Shown here one piece after another: positions 44,995-56,495 of a stretch of DNA of 64,000 nt; position 1 is the stretch's first letter; each line of letters opens with the position of its first letter. The DNA comes from Tubiluchus corallicola (taxonomy: Eukaryota > Animalia > Priapulida), in assembly GCA_030141605.1 (NCBI GenBank), contig JAQGDQ010000001.1, positions 2,604,001-2,668,000 on the forward strand, read 5' to 3'. The translations under genes were made by a program, and so were the position numbers. The notes under the pieces are model-generated. The model had not been told where the DNA came from. It searched no databases and worked only from the letters and a program-made list of their open reading frames with translations.

Positions 44995-45215
44995 GAATAA
45001 CAGCAAACGCAACAACAGCAACAACCCCAGCAGTAACAGCAGTATCAGCAGCATCTTTATTGGTACCATCTGTTGCACTGGCATATTACTGGCATCATCA
45101 TCATCATTATAAGAAAGAACTACTGCAGCCCCAACGATGACAACAACACCGATAGGAACAGTGACAACATAACAACAACAATAAAAGCATTATCACCGCC
45201 ATCATCATCATTATT
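44995..45215. repeat. Degenerate CAG/CAA/CAT trinucleotide low-complexity tract
   Basis: Directly visible. Confidence 0.75.
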
Positions 45216-47128
45216 GCAATTAAGCTGACTAGTATTGAAACAATGAACTTGGTCATTGGCGTTCGAGGTCCTTGTGTTGTCTTTCACTTGGAGTGGATTG
45301 TGGCAATATTGTTCAACTTTTCAGGAGCGCTTCCAACATGTTGGCAATGCACTACCAAATTGAAACAGCTTAAACAAATTCCGCGATAAAGCAGCTTTTA
45401 TGACAATTTGCTAGATATGAGAATTTAGTTATCTTCTACATGTTCACTGATGATCTGTAGCTGATTCACGTACGTTTCCTAGCAATGTAAAGTCGCGTGT
45501 ATTTTTCCTGATCCCATGAATTTGTTCTTTTACGTTTTGCTGTTTTATTATCTCCTGCTGTGAATACCAAATTGTCCCGCTCGAAGTTTTTCAATGAAGA
45601 TAAGCTTCAGGTAAACAATAAAAATACCAACAGTGTCTGCGGAAATTCATTTTAGATCAAAAAATGAACTATGATCACGGGCAACCAAGCATGTATCAAG
45701 GCTGCATGCAATGCCAAAAGAGGCAGCAAAATAAAGAATATGAAAATGGACTCAGAATGGATTCGCCAAATACAAATTCTGTTAATACCTGGAAGGATTA
45801 CGAAGGGGAAAATGTTAATCCTCAAGTCTGAAAAGTACTACAGAAATCTGTTCAATTAAATCTGTTGACAATCGAAAGCACATTGTAATGCTTGTTGACT
45901 TAACTTTGACTGTCCTTTCCACGATTAGGTTAACAAGACCAACAGGAAAGACTGTCAAAAAGCGAGACTTCAAATGTTTATTAACCTAAATTGATGAAAA
46001 ATAATCTCACGACCAAATCGTACTTCCTAGCTGTTTTGCGTAAGTATATACATAAATCTAAGTTTCTTTTCAAATTTTTCTCCAGTGTCGGCAAGATCGG
46101 GCATGAATCAAAAGCAATTTTTGAGAATTTGTTGTAAAATTTTAACTGGGTCGATATAATGACTAGTTACCTATGATTTTTTCAGTATTTTCCCGCCTGT
46201 TTAATAGGTCGTCGAAACCTTAGCTCTAAACTGGAACATTGCTTATCAACAGATTTTATTATATTTAGCTCTCTGCTATTTTTATGAGGATAAAAACGCT
46301 TTTGCAGCCAGACTAATTTAATATTTCAACACATTAAAATGCTATATAAATTTCAGTGTACAGCTAAGGAACTAAAGAACTAGGACTAGGAAAGCTAACG
46401 GTGTGCACTATTAAAAGATACAGGCAATAAAAAATGAAAAAACTTTAAAGCAATATGACATTCACTAAAAACCAAAAATAAGTCATTTTAATAAGTCAGT
46501 CTTAAAAAGTCTGTTATATATTTCATATCTGTTTGGATTATTCCACAAAGACCCTTCATGAACATTACATAATAATTAGAGATAGTTGTGCATATAGTTT
46601 AACTTGAAATGTTGATGTAGAATTTCATGTAATTTGATTCAAAGGATTCTCAGCAGTTTAAATTCACCTGTTTTCAAACATTTCGGGTTCGTTGTTTTCC
46701 AAAGAAATAAAAACTTTAAAGTGCATCCGACACATCTGAGTTTACTATGACATTGAGAAATAGGCTTATCACATACTCTTTTGTGTATATTCATTCGTCA
46801 TAACTCTTTAAACCACTGGAACTTAATTTCTTATTTTTAATGAAAATTGTGGTGGAGTATCCAATAAACCTCTTTAGCATGTTATGTTAATTGTGTATTA
46901 TATGTCTGCTATCATTATTACTAAACAATAATTATTAACATTTGATAAATATTACGTCACACATGCATAGCATTTTTACTGCTTTCAATGAAAGAATTAA
47001 ACGTTAAAATTGATCAAACATTTAAACAAGCACGCCAAATACATAAAGTCGTTTCACATCATACGTAGCAATGATAAGCTCGATTTGTCACTTTGTGGTG
47101 GTGTTCTTCTGTGCCGATTGTATATCAA

Positions 47129-47347
47129 TTCACCAGTTATCTTTTCGCAAGTGTACTTTTTCGCCAGTCTATTTTTTCGCCAGTCTACCTTTTCGCCAGT
47201 GTACTTTTCCGCTAGTCTACCGTTTTGCCAGTCTGCTTTTTACTAGTCTACTTTTTCGCTAGTCTACTTTTTCGTCTGTCTACTTTTTCGCCAGTCTACT
47301 TTTTGCCAGTCTACCTTTTCGCTTCGCCAGTCTATCTTTTCGTCAAT
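47129..47347 (-). repeat. 16-bp minisatellite, left arm of copy 2
   Basis: TTTTCGCCAGTCTACY units, about 13 copies. Confidence 0.95.
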
Positions 47348-48217
47348 GTAATCACCACTAACAATGAAGACTCAACTTACCTATATATGTATATATATTT
47401 GAAACAAATCACTCGTGTGCTTATAGCTAGAGTAGGGAGCCACTTTTGCTTATAATTTCTTATCGTAACCCTTTGACCCACCTGAGTTATGACCCGAAAA
47501 TCGTCAAAATACGTCTATTTTTGAGAAGCAATTACTCCTACATCAAGCGCCATCTATACAAACTGAAAAAAACATGTAAACTATTATGCCTTGGCTGTCG
47601 GAACCGGCTCAGTTTTATCGAACGCTGAACCGCTGCCATTTTACTGGACCTCAAACATGCCATTGTCAGTAATATGCTTAATACACTTAACGTATACGAC
47701 AATTGCAAAAATTGCATGGTTTCCTTTAAACGCTCTACGAACAGAACCCATAAGTCGTACAGGAGCGTGCGATGCACCATTGGATTCGCAAAGAAATGCG
47801 AAATGAGACATACTATGTCGCAATTGCAAGTCAAATTTCTTTTAACCACAAAATGGCAATAAGAAAGAAGTTAGATACCGAGAATGTGAAGAGAAAACTT
47901 TTGAGTTATTCCGACAAGTTGCGTATCTCCGAAACTATACATCCAGAACGAAAACAACAGCAGATTCTGAGTGTCAAATTTTCGACCGAACATCCTATTT
48001 ATTGCCATGTTCTGGCTACACGTAACTCGACGCGCGACTGTGATATACTACATCAGATTTAACGTTTTATTTCGAATCCAATGATATATGGTGCGCCTCT
48101 GTAGGACTTATATCTTCCATCACAAAGCGTTTAAATAAAACCATGTCGATACCTGATATGTCAATGGTGACTTCTATATACAGGTAAGTTAAGTCTTCAT
48201 TGTTAGTCACGATTACA

Positions 48218-49855
48218 CTGGCGAAAAGATAGACTGGCGAAAAAGTAGACTGACGAAATGTTGATTGACGAAAAGGTAGACTGGCGAAGAAGAAGACTGA
48301 CGAAAAAGTAGACTGGCGAAAAGGTAGACTGGCGAAGAAGTAGACTGGCAAAACAGTAGACTGGCGAAAAGGTAGACTGGCAAAAAATAGACTGGCGAAA
48401 AGGTAGACTGCCGAAAAGGTAGACTGCCGAAAAAGTAGACTGGTGAAACAGTAGACTAGCGAAAAGGTGGACTGGCGAAAAAGTGGAAACAGTAGACTGG
48501 CAAAAAATAGACTGGCAAAAAGGTAGACTGGTGAAACAGTAGACTGGGGAAAAGGTAGACTGGCGAAAAAGTGGACTGGCGAAACAGTAGACTGGGGAAA
48601 AGGTAGACTGGCGAAAAAGTGGACTGGCGAAACAGTAGACTGGGGAAAAGGTAGACTGGCGAAGAAGTAGACTGGCGAAAAGGAAGACTGGCAAAAAATA
48701 GACTGGCGAAAAGGTAGACTGCCGAAAAGGTAGACTGCCGAAAAAGTAGACTGGTGAAACAGTAGACTAGCGAAAAGGTGGACTGGTGAAACAGTAGACT
48801 GGCAAAAAATAGACTGGCAAAAAGGTAGACTGGTGAAACAGTAGACTGGGGAAAAGGTAGACTGGCGAAAAAGTGGACTGGCGAAACAGTAGACTGGGGA
48901 AAAGGTAGACTGGCGAAAACGTGGACTGGCGAAACAGTAGACTGGGGAAAAGGTAGACTGGCGAAGAAGTAGACTGGCGAAAAGGTAGACAGGCGAAAAG
49001 GTAGACTGGCGAAGAAGTAGACTAGCAAAACAGTAGACTGGCGAAAAGGTAGACTGGCAAAAAATAGACTGGCGAAAAGGTAGACTGGCAAAAAATAGAC
49101 TGGCAAAAAGGTAGACTGCCGAAAAAGTAGACTGGTGAAACAGTAGACTGGGGAAAAGGTAGACTGGCGAAAAAGTGGACTGGCGAAACAGTAGACTGGG
49201 GAAAAGGTAGACTGGCGAAGAAGTAGACTGGCGAAAAGGAAGACTGCCAAAGAAGTAGACAGGCGAAAAGGTAGACTGGCGAAGAAGTAGACTAGCAAAA
49301 CAGTAGACTGGCGAAAAGGTAGACTGGCAAAAAATAGACTGGCAAAAAGGTAGACTGCCGAAAAAGTAGACTGGTGAAACAGTAGACTGAGGAAAGGGTA
49401 GACTGGCGAAAAAGTAGACCAGTGAAACTGTAGACTAGCGAAAAGATGGACTGGCGAAAAAGTGGACTGGCGAAAAGGTAGACTGTCTAAAATGTAGACT
49501 GGGAGAAAAGTAGACTGGCGAAAAGGTAGACAGTCGAAAAAGTAGACTGGCGAAAGGATAGACTGGCGAAAAGGTAGACTGGCAAAGAAGTAGACTGGCA
49601 AAACAATAGACTGGCAAAAAATAGACTGGCGAAAAGGTAGACTAACGAAAAAGTAGACTGGTGAAACAGTAGACAGGGGAAAAGGTAGATTGGCGAAACA
49701 GTAGACTGGGGAAAGGTAGACTGGCTAAAAAGTAGACTGGTGAAACAGTAGACTAGCGAAAAGGTGGACTGGCGAAAAAGTGGACTGGCGAAAAGGTAGA
49801 CAGTCGAAAAAATAGACAGGCGAAAAGATAGACTGGCGAAAAGGTAACTGGCGAA
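48218..49855 (+). repeat. 16-bp minisatellite, right arm of copy 2, about 100 copies with higher-order repeats
   Basis: Period 16 (units start at 48308, 48324, 48340). A variant block at 48381 recurs at 48692. Confidence 0.98.
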
Positions 49856-51804
49856 GTGGGAGAAGCCCACTAGCTTCTCCCTCGCTGTAATAATTTTGAT
49901 TTCACTAATCATAATTACTCATTTTCTTTTCGCGTACGTTTGCAATTGATAGAAAACCATATTTTGACATAATTTAGTTTTTACATTTTCATTTCAACAC
50001 CTACTAAGCCTTCGGAGTAGATGTAGCTGATTCTCTAGCTTTATTCTCACTGATTCTCTAGCTTCTGATTACGTTTTTTTAAATTTATATAGGATATTGT
50101 TGTGGTAAATCTTGCTAGTAAATTAAATAGCTTGATCAATGCTGCATGGTGCTTTTTGAATATATACAGCAGTTAATCTGACTGATAATTATTTATTAAC
50201 AATAATGGGTACATTCTCAGAATACCGCGTTAATTACTGTTTTGTTAATTCCAGTTTTATAGGCGAAACTGCTTGGCAATCCTTTGAAGGTTAAAGTTAA
50301 AACAAATAGTTATAAAGAAGAATTCGTGGCTATGAAAACATGTGACAGAAATCTAAGGAGTTGCATGAAAAGTGAACTTTGCATTAAAAGTATAGGAAAA
50401 ACACACATTTTTCCTTGAATGTGGAAAACTTGTCAGTATGATAGCAAAGTACTACAGTATTTACAGACATGTATGCACTAATGTGTGACCATAAGTAACG
50501 TCGAGCAGCATACAAAGTGAAACCATTTGCAGTAGTATGGAAATGCAGCAACAATTATTTCGCACATTAGTCAAACGACCGATTGTATAAAATTTTTGTA
50601 TTTTGCTATTGGAAAATGACTGATATTCAAAATGCTTACTCATATTTACGCAGGATTAAAAACGACATAAATTTAGAACAACAAAATTAATATTGACTGC
50701 GGTATGCAATGAATCAAAGACATAATTTTGAACCAGCCACGTTAACCCTAACCTTAACCAGGTTACATTCACGACTGGCTCATAAGTAAAGGTAAAAAGG
50801 TTGGTTTGTGTTAAATTTTAATCAAGTTTGATTTTTTCTTGTCTGAATTTTGTTTGAAAAAGTTAATTATTTAAATCACTTCTATAACAATCTGCAGTCT
50901 CAAAAATCTCGAGATATTTAGCGTTAATAACCAATTAAGAAACAATTATATTACGCGGTTAGATTGATCAACTTCATAATATTGATATTATAAACGTTGA
51001 AATTAAAAAGCGAAAGGGTTAACCATCAAATCATTTTTATCAAAAGGCAGACCTCAATTTGTTGACACAACTCTTGACGATGTTACGATGTTCAATATTG
51101 CTTGGAACAAATTGAGCGCCGGTCTTCTCCGGAAATGAGTGAAGAACAAAACAGGAAGTTTTAAATCTTGTTACGCCACCGGCTTCCTGTTTGGGTAAAA
51201 TTACTCTACGGGCTTCTTTCAGAATTGAAGAAAATTCCGCCATGGTTCATGTGGAAATTCTACTTTGTGATATTTCATCCGTAAAGTTTTCGTGATCAAA
51301 TTGTTTTTTAAACACTCTCTGGACAACAATTGGATTATTTTTGCGTTTTTTGTCTGTGAGAAATTTCTGTGGCTGAGTTGAGTGGTTAATGGGGTAATCC
51401 TGGGGATGAAGTGCGTAAGGAATGAATAATAAAATGACGCCTCTTACCGCGCGTCTGTAAACGATACGTGTGAAAAATTGCCTGTGTAGAAAAATACGTT
51501 TATTGAATTTCAATCACAACGTTAAGGTATATGAGTCGTTGATAGAGTAACTGCTTGAGATAAGCGTCGACCATGGATTTTGTGTCAGCTCTCTAATTGT
51601 ACTTCTCGCTCTTGAACAATAGCAAGATGTATTGCAGTTGTCTGGAAAGAATGCGTTTGTGTAATTAATGTATATCTGTAAATAGCTGTGGAAAAAACCT
51701 TTATTATTTATGCCTTTTCACGACAGAATATAGTGCTATCTTCTAAAATAAGGAAATGCTTTAAATTAATTTTAGGTAAAGATTGGTAATATTCGCAATA
51801 ACTA

Positions 51805-52131
51805 ATGAATAAATGGAATTCAAGGAAGGAAGGAAGGAAGAAACGAATGAACGAAAGAAAAAACGAATGAATAAATGAACGAATAGACGAATAAATGAAT
51901 GAATGAATAAGTGAACAAATGAACGAATAGACGAATAATGAATGAATGAATGAATGAATGAGTGAATAAACGAACGAACGAACGAACGAACAAATGAACA
52001 AATGAATGAACGAATTAATGAATGAGTGAACGAGTGAATGAATGAATGAATGAACGAACGAACGAACGAACGAACGAACGAACGAAGGGAACGAACGAAC
52101 GAATGGATCAGATGGCCAAACGAACAAACAA
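51805..52131. repeat. (GAAT)n/(GAAC)n tetranucleotide tract
   Basis: Directly visible. Confidence 0.93.
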
Positions 52132-52606
52132 ATTTATCTCACGAATAAACAGACCTGAAAAAAATAAATTTGGAAGCGGCCATACGTGTCCACGGAGAGA
52201 TTTTTGGAAATAGAAACAAACAAAAATATAAGTGAATAGAAGTCATTTAGGAAGGAGCCAAGGATGAATGGCTCTGAGAGCATCTTCCAGTGATAAACGA
52301 GGATTAATGTAACTGCAGCCTTCTTCGGCGCACTACAGAGTTGAGACCAAATCAGGCCTGAGTAGATTTATAATACGATTCCCCATTCTACTAATTGTGT
52401 TAAAGTAACAAGTTGTGACACCAGCCCAAATGGTAAAAACAGAAAATAGTCTCAGAACAATACAAGCATCCGACTTTTTAAATACGCTCTTAGCTAAAGA
52501 GTGCAGTGTAAAGATAAGCCGTGAGTGTAAGTATGCAATATGCTAAAAAGAATCTTTTTGATGAATGGCCATGGATATAAACTATTTAACATGCTTTATG
52601 TAAAAG

Positions 52607-52735
52607 ATTCTGTTCTGTTCTGTTCTGTTCTGTTCTGTTCTGTTCTATTCTATTCTATTCTATTCTATTCTATTCTATTCTATTCTATTCTATTCTATTC
52701 TATTCTATTCTATTCTATTCTATTCTATTCTATTC
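52607..52735. repeat. (TTCTG)n/(TTCTA)n pentanucleotide microsatellite
   Basis: Directly visible. Confidence 0.97.
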
Positions 52736-54087
52736 AATAATGAAATCACATTAGCTTTACTTATATAGTACCATTACTTATACAAACGTCACTGCACTGC
52801 AGTATAGTCCTTATGCATACATTGTAGTTTACAGCCATGCTAATTCAAACAGCCGGAAGCCATTCACCTGAAAATAGCAGTTTCTTTACTTAAAATGCTG
52901 GGTAAATGCACAAGTAATTACTTGATCGAGAAAGTAATTAACGTTACCTTAGAAAGTGTTAAAACTCGAAAAAACGAAAATAATTATTTCCATCCAAGTA
53001 ATAACGCTTCTCTTTCACCATATTGGTTTCCTTAAACATCAATAATTATTTCGGCTACAATTACGTGCTAATATAAAACGCTGTAACAAAACAGGTAGAC
53101 AACAGACTATTTCTATTAACACATAAAACGTTTTCTTCATTAGTCTCTAGGTTACAAAGAAGCTTTATAGATTTTTTTCTCTGAACTAACAGTGTACCTT
53201 CAGAATTTTCCCTTTTTACAAATATTTATACCCAAGCTAGAATATTTTGTCCACTGACGTTTTGTAACAAAACATGTATATATAATCCATTCTTTTGATA
53301 GCACATCCCAAACGGTTATATTTTTAAATATATCTCTTGTTTGTATACTCATGCTAAAACAATTGGTGACCGCCTTACCACCTTTGCTAAAGCTTTCTAT
53401 TTTCGGTGGTCTACCAATTCTATATAATTTGTGCTTTTGATGCTATTTTCTTATACATTTCATTTGGTTATTTAATTTTAGTACGTTAGTGATTCTGTTA
53501 GTTATCATGTAAAACTAAAGAAATGTTTTTTGCGATTTTTCGTGTGGTTTCTTTTCTTTGCTCCCGGTTTTTATATTACTTTTATTTTATATTTTTTACA
53601 TATGGTCTTATTAAACATTTTATCGAAAAAACTGTATGTTCTAGCCAATAACTTAAGCAGTTGCGCTATACATAGTGGAATATTTAGTTAATGCGAAAGG
53701 CGCTTTGCTGTTGCTGCATGTGTTACATGTTTATCAGAAAAATGTTTACGCAAAAATCAAGAGAGGTTATGAAAGGGGCAAAAAATTTATAGAATGTTCG
53801 CGAACTACTTAAAGAAGCATCATCACTCATCAGCACGTTGTACGTGTATAATCACTGCTTATAATTGGACGACCCAATAATCAATAAGTGTAATAAATGT
53901 AATACGATGAAATGCATAAACAACTTTGGTGGGTTCGCTCTATCACTGACTGTCACTTTTTAAACTTTTTAAAATTAAAATTATAAGTTAACCTTGAAAT
54001 TAATAACTTCATGTTGTTTCAGAGAGGCAAAACATTTAAGGATTATATGTAATGTTATACGCTGTTAACTCAAAAAGTTGTGAAAAT

Positions 54088-54622
54088 ATGAGAACACAGA
54101 TAGAACTGAGATAATAGGTTACATACGTTAGTTGAACACAGGCAATTTTGAGCACAGAACATTTTGAAACATAGGTTATTTGGTCACAGACAATTTGAAC
54201 ACATGGGTCATCTCGACAAAGTAATTTGTATACGTAGGTTAGTCGAGCACAAGGGTTATTTGGACACATAAAATATTTGAACATAAGGGAATTTGGGCAC
54301 ATAGGACAATTGAACACCAGTATTCTGGACACTAGGTGTTTTGGACACATAGGTAAGTTGAACACAGGTTTCTTTTGACGCATGGGCACTCTGGACACAT
54401 ATTTGTAATTTGGACATCAGGTATTTTGAACACATGGGACATCTTGACACAAGTTATTTTGGACAACAAACATTTTGGACACAAGTTGGACATTAGTTTT
54501 TTGGGCACGTAAGTCACAAGGTACTTTGGACACAAGGACACATAGATTATTTGGACACGTAGGCTATTGAGATAGGTGTTTTGGATGCACATGGCATGTG
54601 AACATATAACTTGTTTGGGCAG
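54088..54622 (+). repeat. Degenerate minisatellite of about 17 bp (TTGGACACATAGGTTAT-like)
   Basis: The TTGRACACA core recurs about every 17 bp, roughly 30 times. Confidence 0.85.
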
Positions 54623-54679
54623 ACGCAAGTCATTTTAAAAATCGAAGCACGTAATATGAGCTCGCAGTTAATTTGGCTT

Positions 54680-54680
<1 letters not shown>

Positions 54681-54756
<76 letters not shown>
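54681..54756. repeat. (TAT)n microsatellite, possibly the tail of a minus-strand retroposon fragment
   Basis: Minus strand reads ...GCCTAATAAA(TAA)n. Confidence 0.9.
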
Positions 54757-56006
54757 TATTAGGCATAAGAATAAATATACGCATTTTATACATGAGTAAA
54801 TGTAAACAGTAAAATTATATAGCCATGATCGATACGAAGCTTGTGCCTACCACTGTGTGCCATGCATGACAGCAAGGAACTAAATGCTCAAACAGTCACT
54901 GCCTGTCATCCATCGATTGTAGGTCACCTTTAACCACGGATCCTAGCTCAAATTCAAGTTCAACCTGAACTTTTTCATATGTTCTTCATTTCGGTCATAT
55001 TTGATTCTAAAATTACATTATTAATTAGTAATTTTGAATTTAGGTTTATAAAAAAATAAACCGAATATACAAGATTGTGATTTTTAAGCAGTTGATTTTT
55101 AACCCATGTAGATAATTTGAACACATAAATTGTTTAGACAAGGTACCATTTCGATTTAAACTAGACATGGTGCCATTTAGCAACATCAGCTATTTAGTTA
55201 TATCATGTTCTTGAGGACATGATGAATTTAAACAGCTTTTTTCCAAATTTAAGGGATTTCTGGCGTCTAAAAACGTGAATCATTCGAAAGATCTATTATC
55301 TATTTTGCATAAGATTCTTTTTCTAACTATCTCGAACCCAGCTCCCCAACTGTAGTCTGCAAAACAGAGTTATATAAATATGTCGATTAGGGAGTTTTCA
55401 TAGAAAGTGGACATCCGCATGCTGCGACGGTAGCTGTGGCGATTACAATAATTGCGACTGGTACGATGCGACGATTGCTACAGCTACGACGTGATTTCTT
55501 GCCACATCTTTTCCCCGCTAATTAAATGTGAATATAGCACTTTAAGTATGATAATAATGCTTTACATGTTAACGTGTTTAGCTATTAGTTAAGATAAAAT
55601 GAATATTGAAGGAGAAGAATGGTAATAAAGTTGGTAATAAAAACTTTTTAGTACGAACAGTTTGTCATGTGATGAGAATTTTGCCTGACTAACCGCAGGC
55701 GCCGCACATATGAATGAGTTTCGGCGTTCTCGCTGGCAATTGCTGCAAGCACAACTTCCTGAAAACAATGTATATGGTTAGCCTTTTGAAAATTGATCAA
55801 TTCGCGATCATTAATCGGGCATGGTAAGATAAACCGCTTATTTCAATATTTCTGGAAAGTCCACATACCAAAGTCTGCGAACGGATAAAAGTCATGCAGA
55901 GCTTTTCGTAACTCTTGGACTCTTTTACAGATTATGTTGTTCTTGCAGAGTAAATAGCTTCAGTGTTTTATTGTCCAAATTATCAAAAATAATCTGTCAT
56001 GTTGCC

Positions 56007-56086
56007 AAGCTTTGTTTCTGGCATGAAACGCGAATGCAGCAGAAATGTAAATTCGGCACAAACTGTATTGACTTGGTTGAGATTCC

Positions 56087-56138
<52 letters not shown>

Positions 56139-56267
56139 TTGAGATTCCTTTCAATAAAGATTCCCAAATTTCGACAGCAAAAATAAGCCTAAAAATGTCT
56201 CATTATATATATTTTTATATATATATATATATATGTATATTCGCGTTTCATGTCAGAAACAAAGCTT
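56007..56267. mobile_element. MITE with 29-bp TIRs, just upstream of the GPCR coding exon
   Basis: AAGCTTTGTTTCTGGCATGAAACGCGAAT (56007-56035) and ATTCGCGTTTCATGTCAGAAACAAAGCTT (56239-56267), one mismatch. Confidence 0.75.
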
Positions 56268-56470
56268 ATATATAATATAGTATATAAATAAAATATGGTA
56301 TTTGACATAAACCAAGAAAATCTGTGTACGCAGTAGAGAGAAAACAAAACTTATATAATTTAATTTGAATATATTTAAGCATTTTCATAATAGCATGTAC
56401 GTACTTCAAATTCTTTTGAGACGTTGTTGAGCAAAATCTACATCATTTACTTGATCAACCAGTCATCGAT

Positions 56471-56486
56471 TATTTTGTACTTTCAG
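56471..56486 (+). promoter_or_regulatory. Probable splice acceptor before the GPCR coding exon
   Basis: TATTTTGTACTTTCAG, followed by 9 nt and the ATG at 56496 (context AGGATGG). Confidence 0.65.
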
Positions 56487-56495
56487 AAAATTAGG

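Larger units (their letters stand above)
47116..49868. mobile_element. Foldback-type non-autonomous DNA element, copy 2
   Basis: Left end GATTGTATATCAATTCACCA resembles the copy-1 left end GAGTGTATGTCATTTCGCCA. Inverted 16-bp arrays at 47129-47347 and 48218-49855. Inner domains are homologous to copy 1 (47895-48217 to 40150-40444; 47415-47870 to the reverse complement of about 39700-40120). No TSD seen. Confidence 0.8.

Noticed and set aside
48203-49912. ORFs up to 381 aa with FASLPFRQSTFSPVY repeats (also near 38.1, 40.4 and 47.0 kb)
   Set aside because: Translation of the 16-bp minisatellite (3 units = 16 codons); the same peptide appears in all three frames.
50742-51022. piggyBac-like TTAACCCT...AGGGTTAA pair
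   Set aside because: The inverted match does not extend beyond 8 bp.
51110-51250. ETS/YY1-like motifs as a possible GPCR promoter; CTCF-like motifs near 13795 and 62320
   Set aside because: Short motifs expected by chance or within transposons; no supporting evidence.
56424-56495. N-terminal extension of the GPCR ORF
   Set aside because: Starts at TTG and spans a polypyrimidine tract and AG acceptor; probably intron plus 5' UTR.
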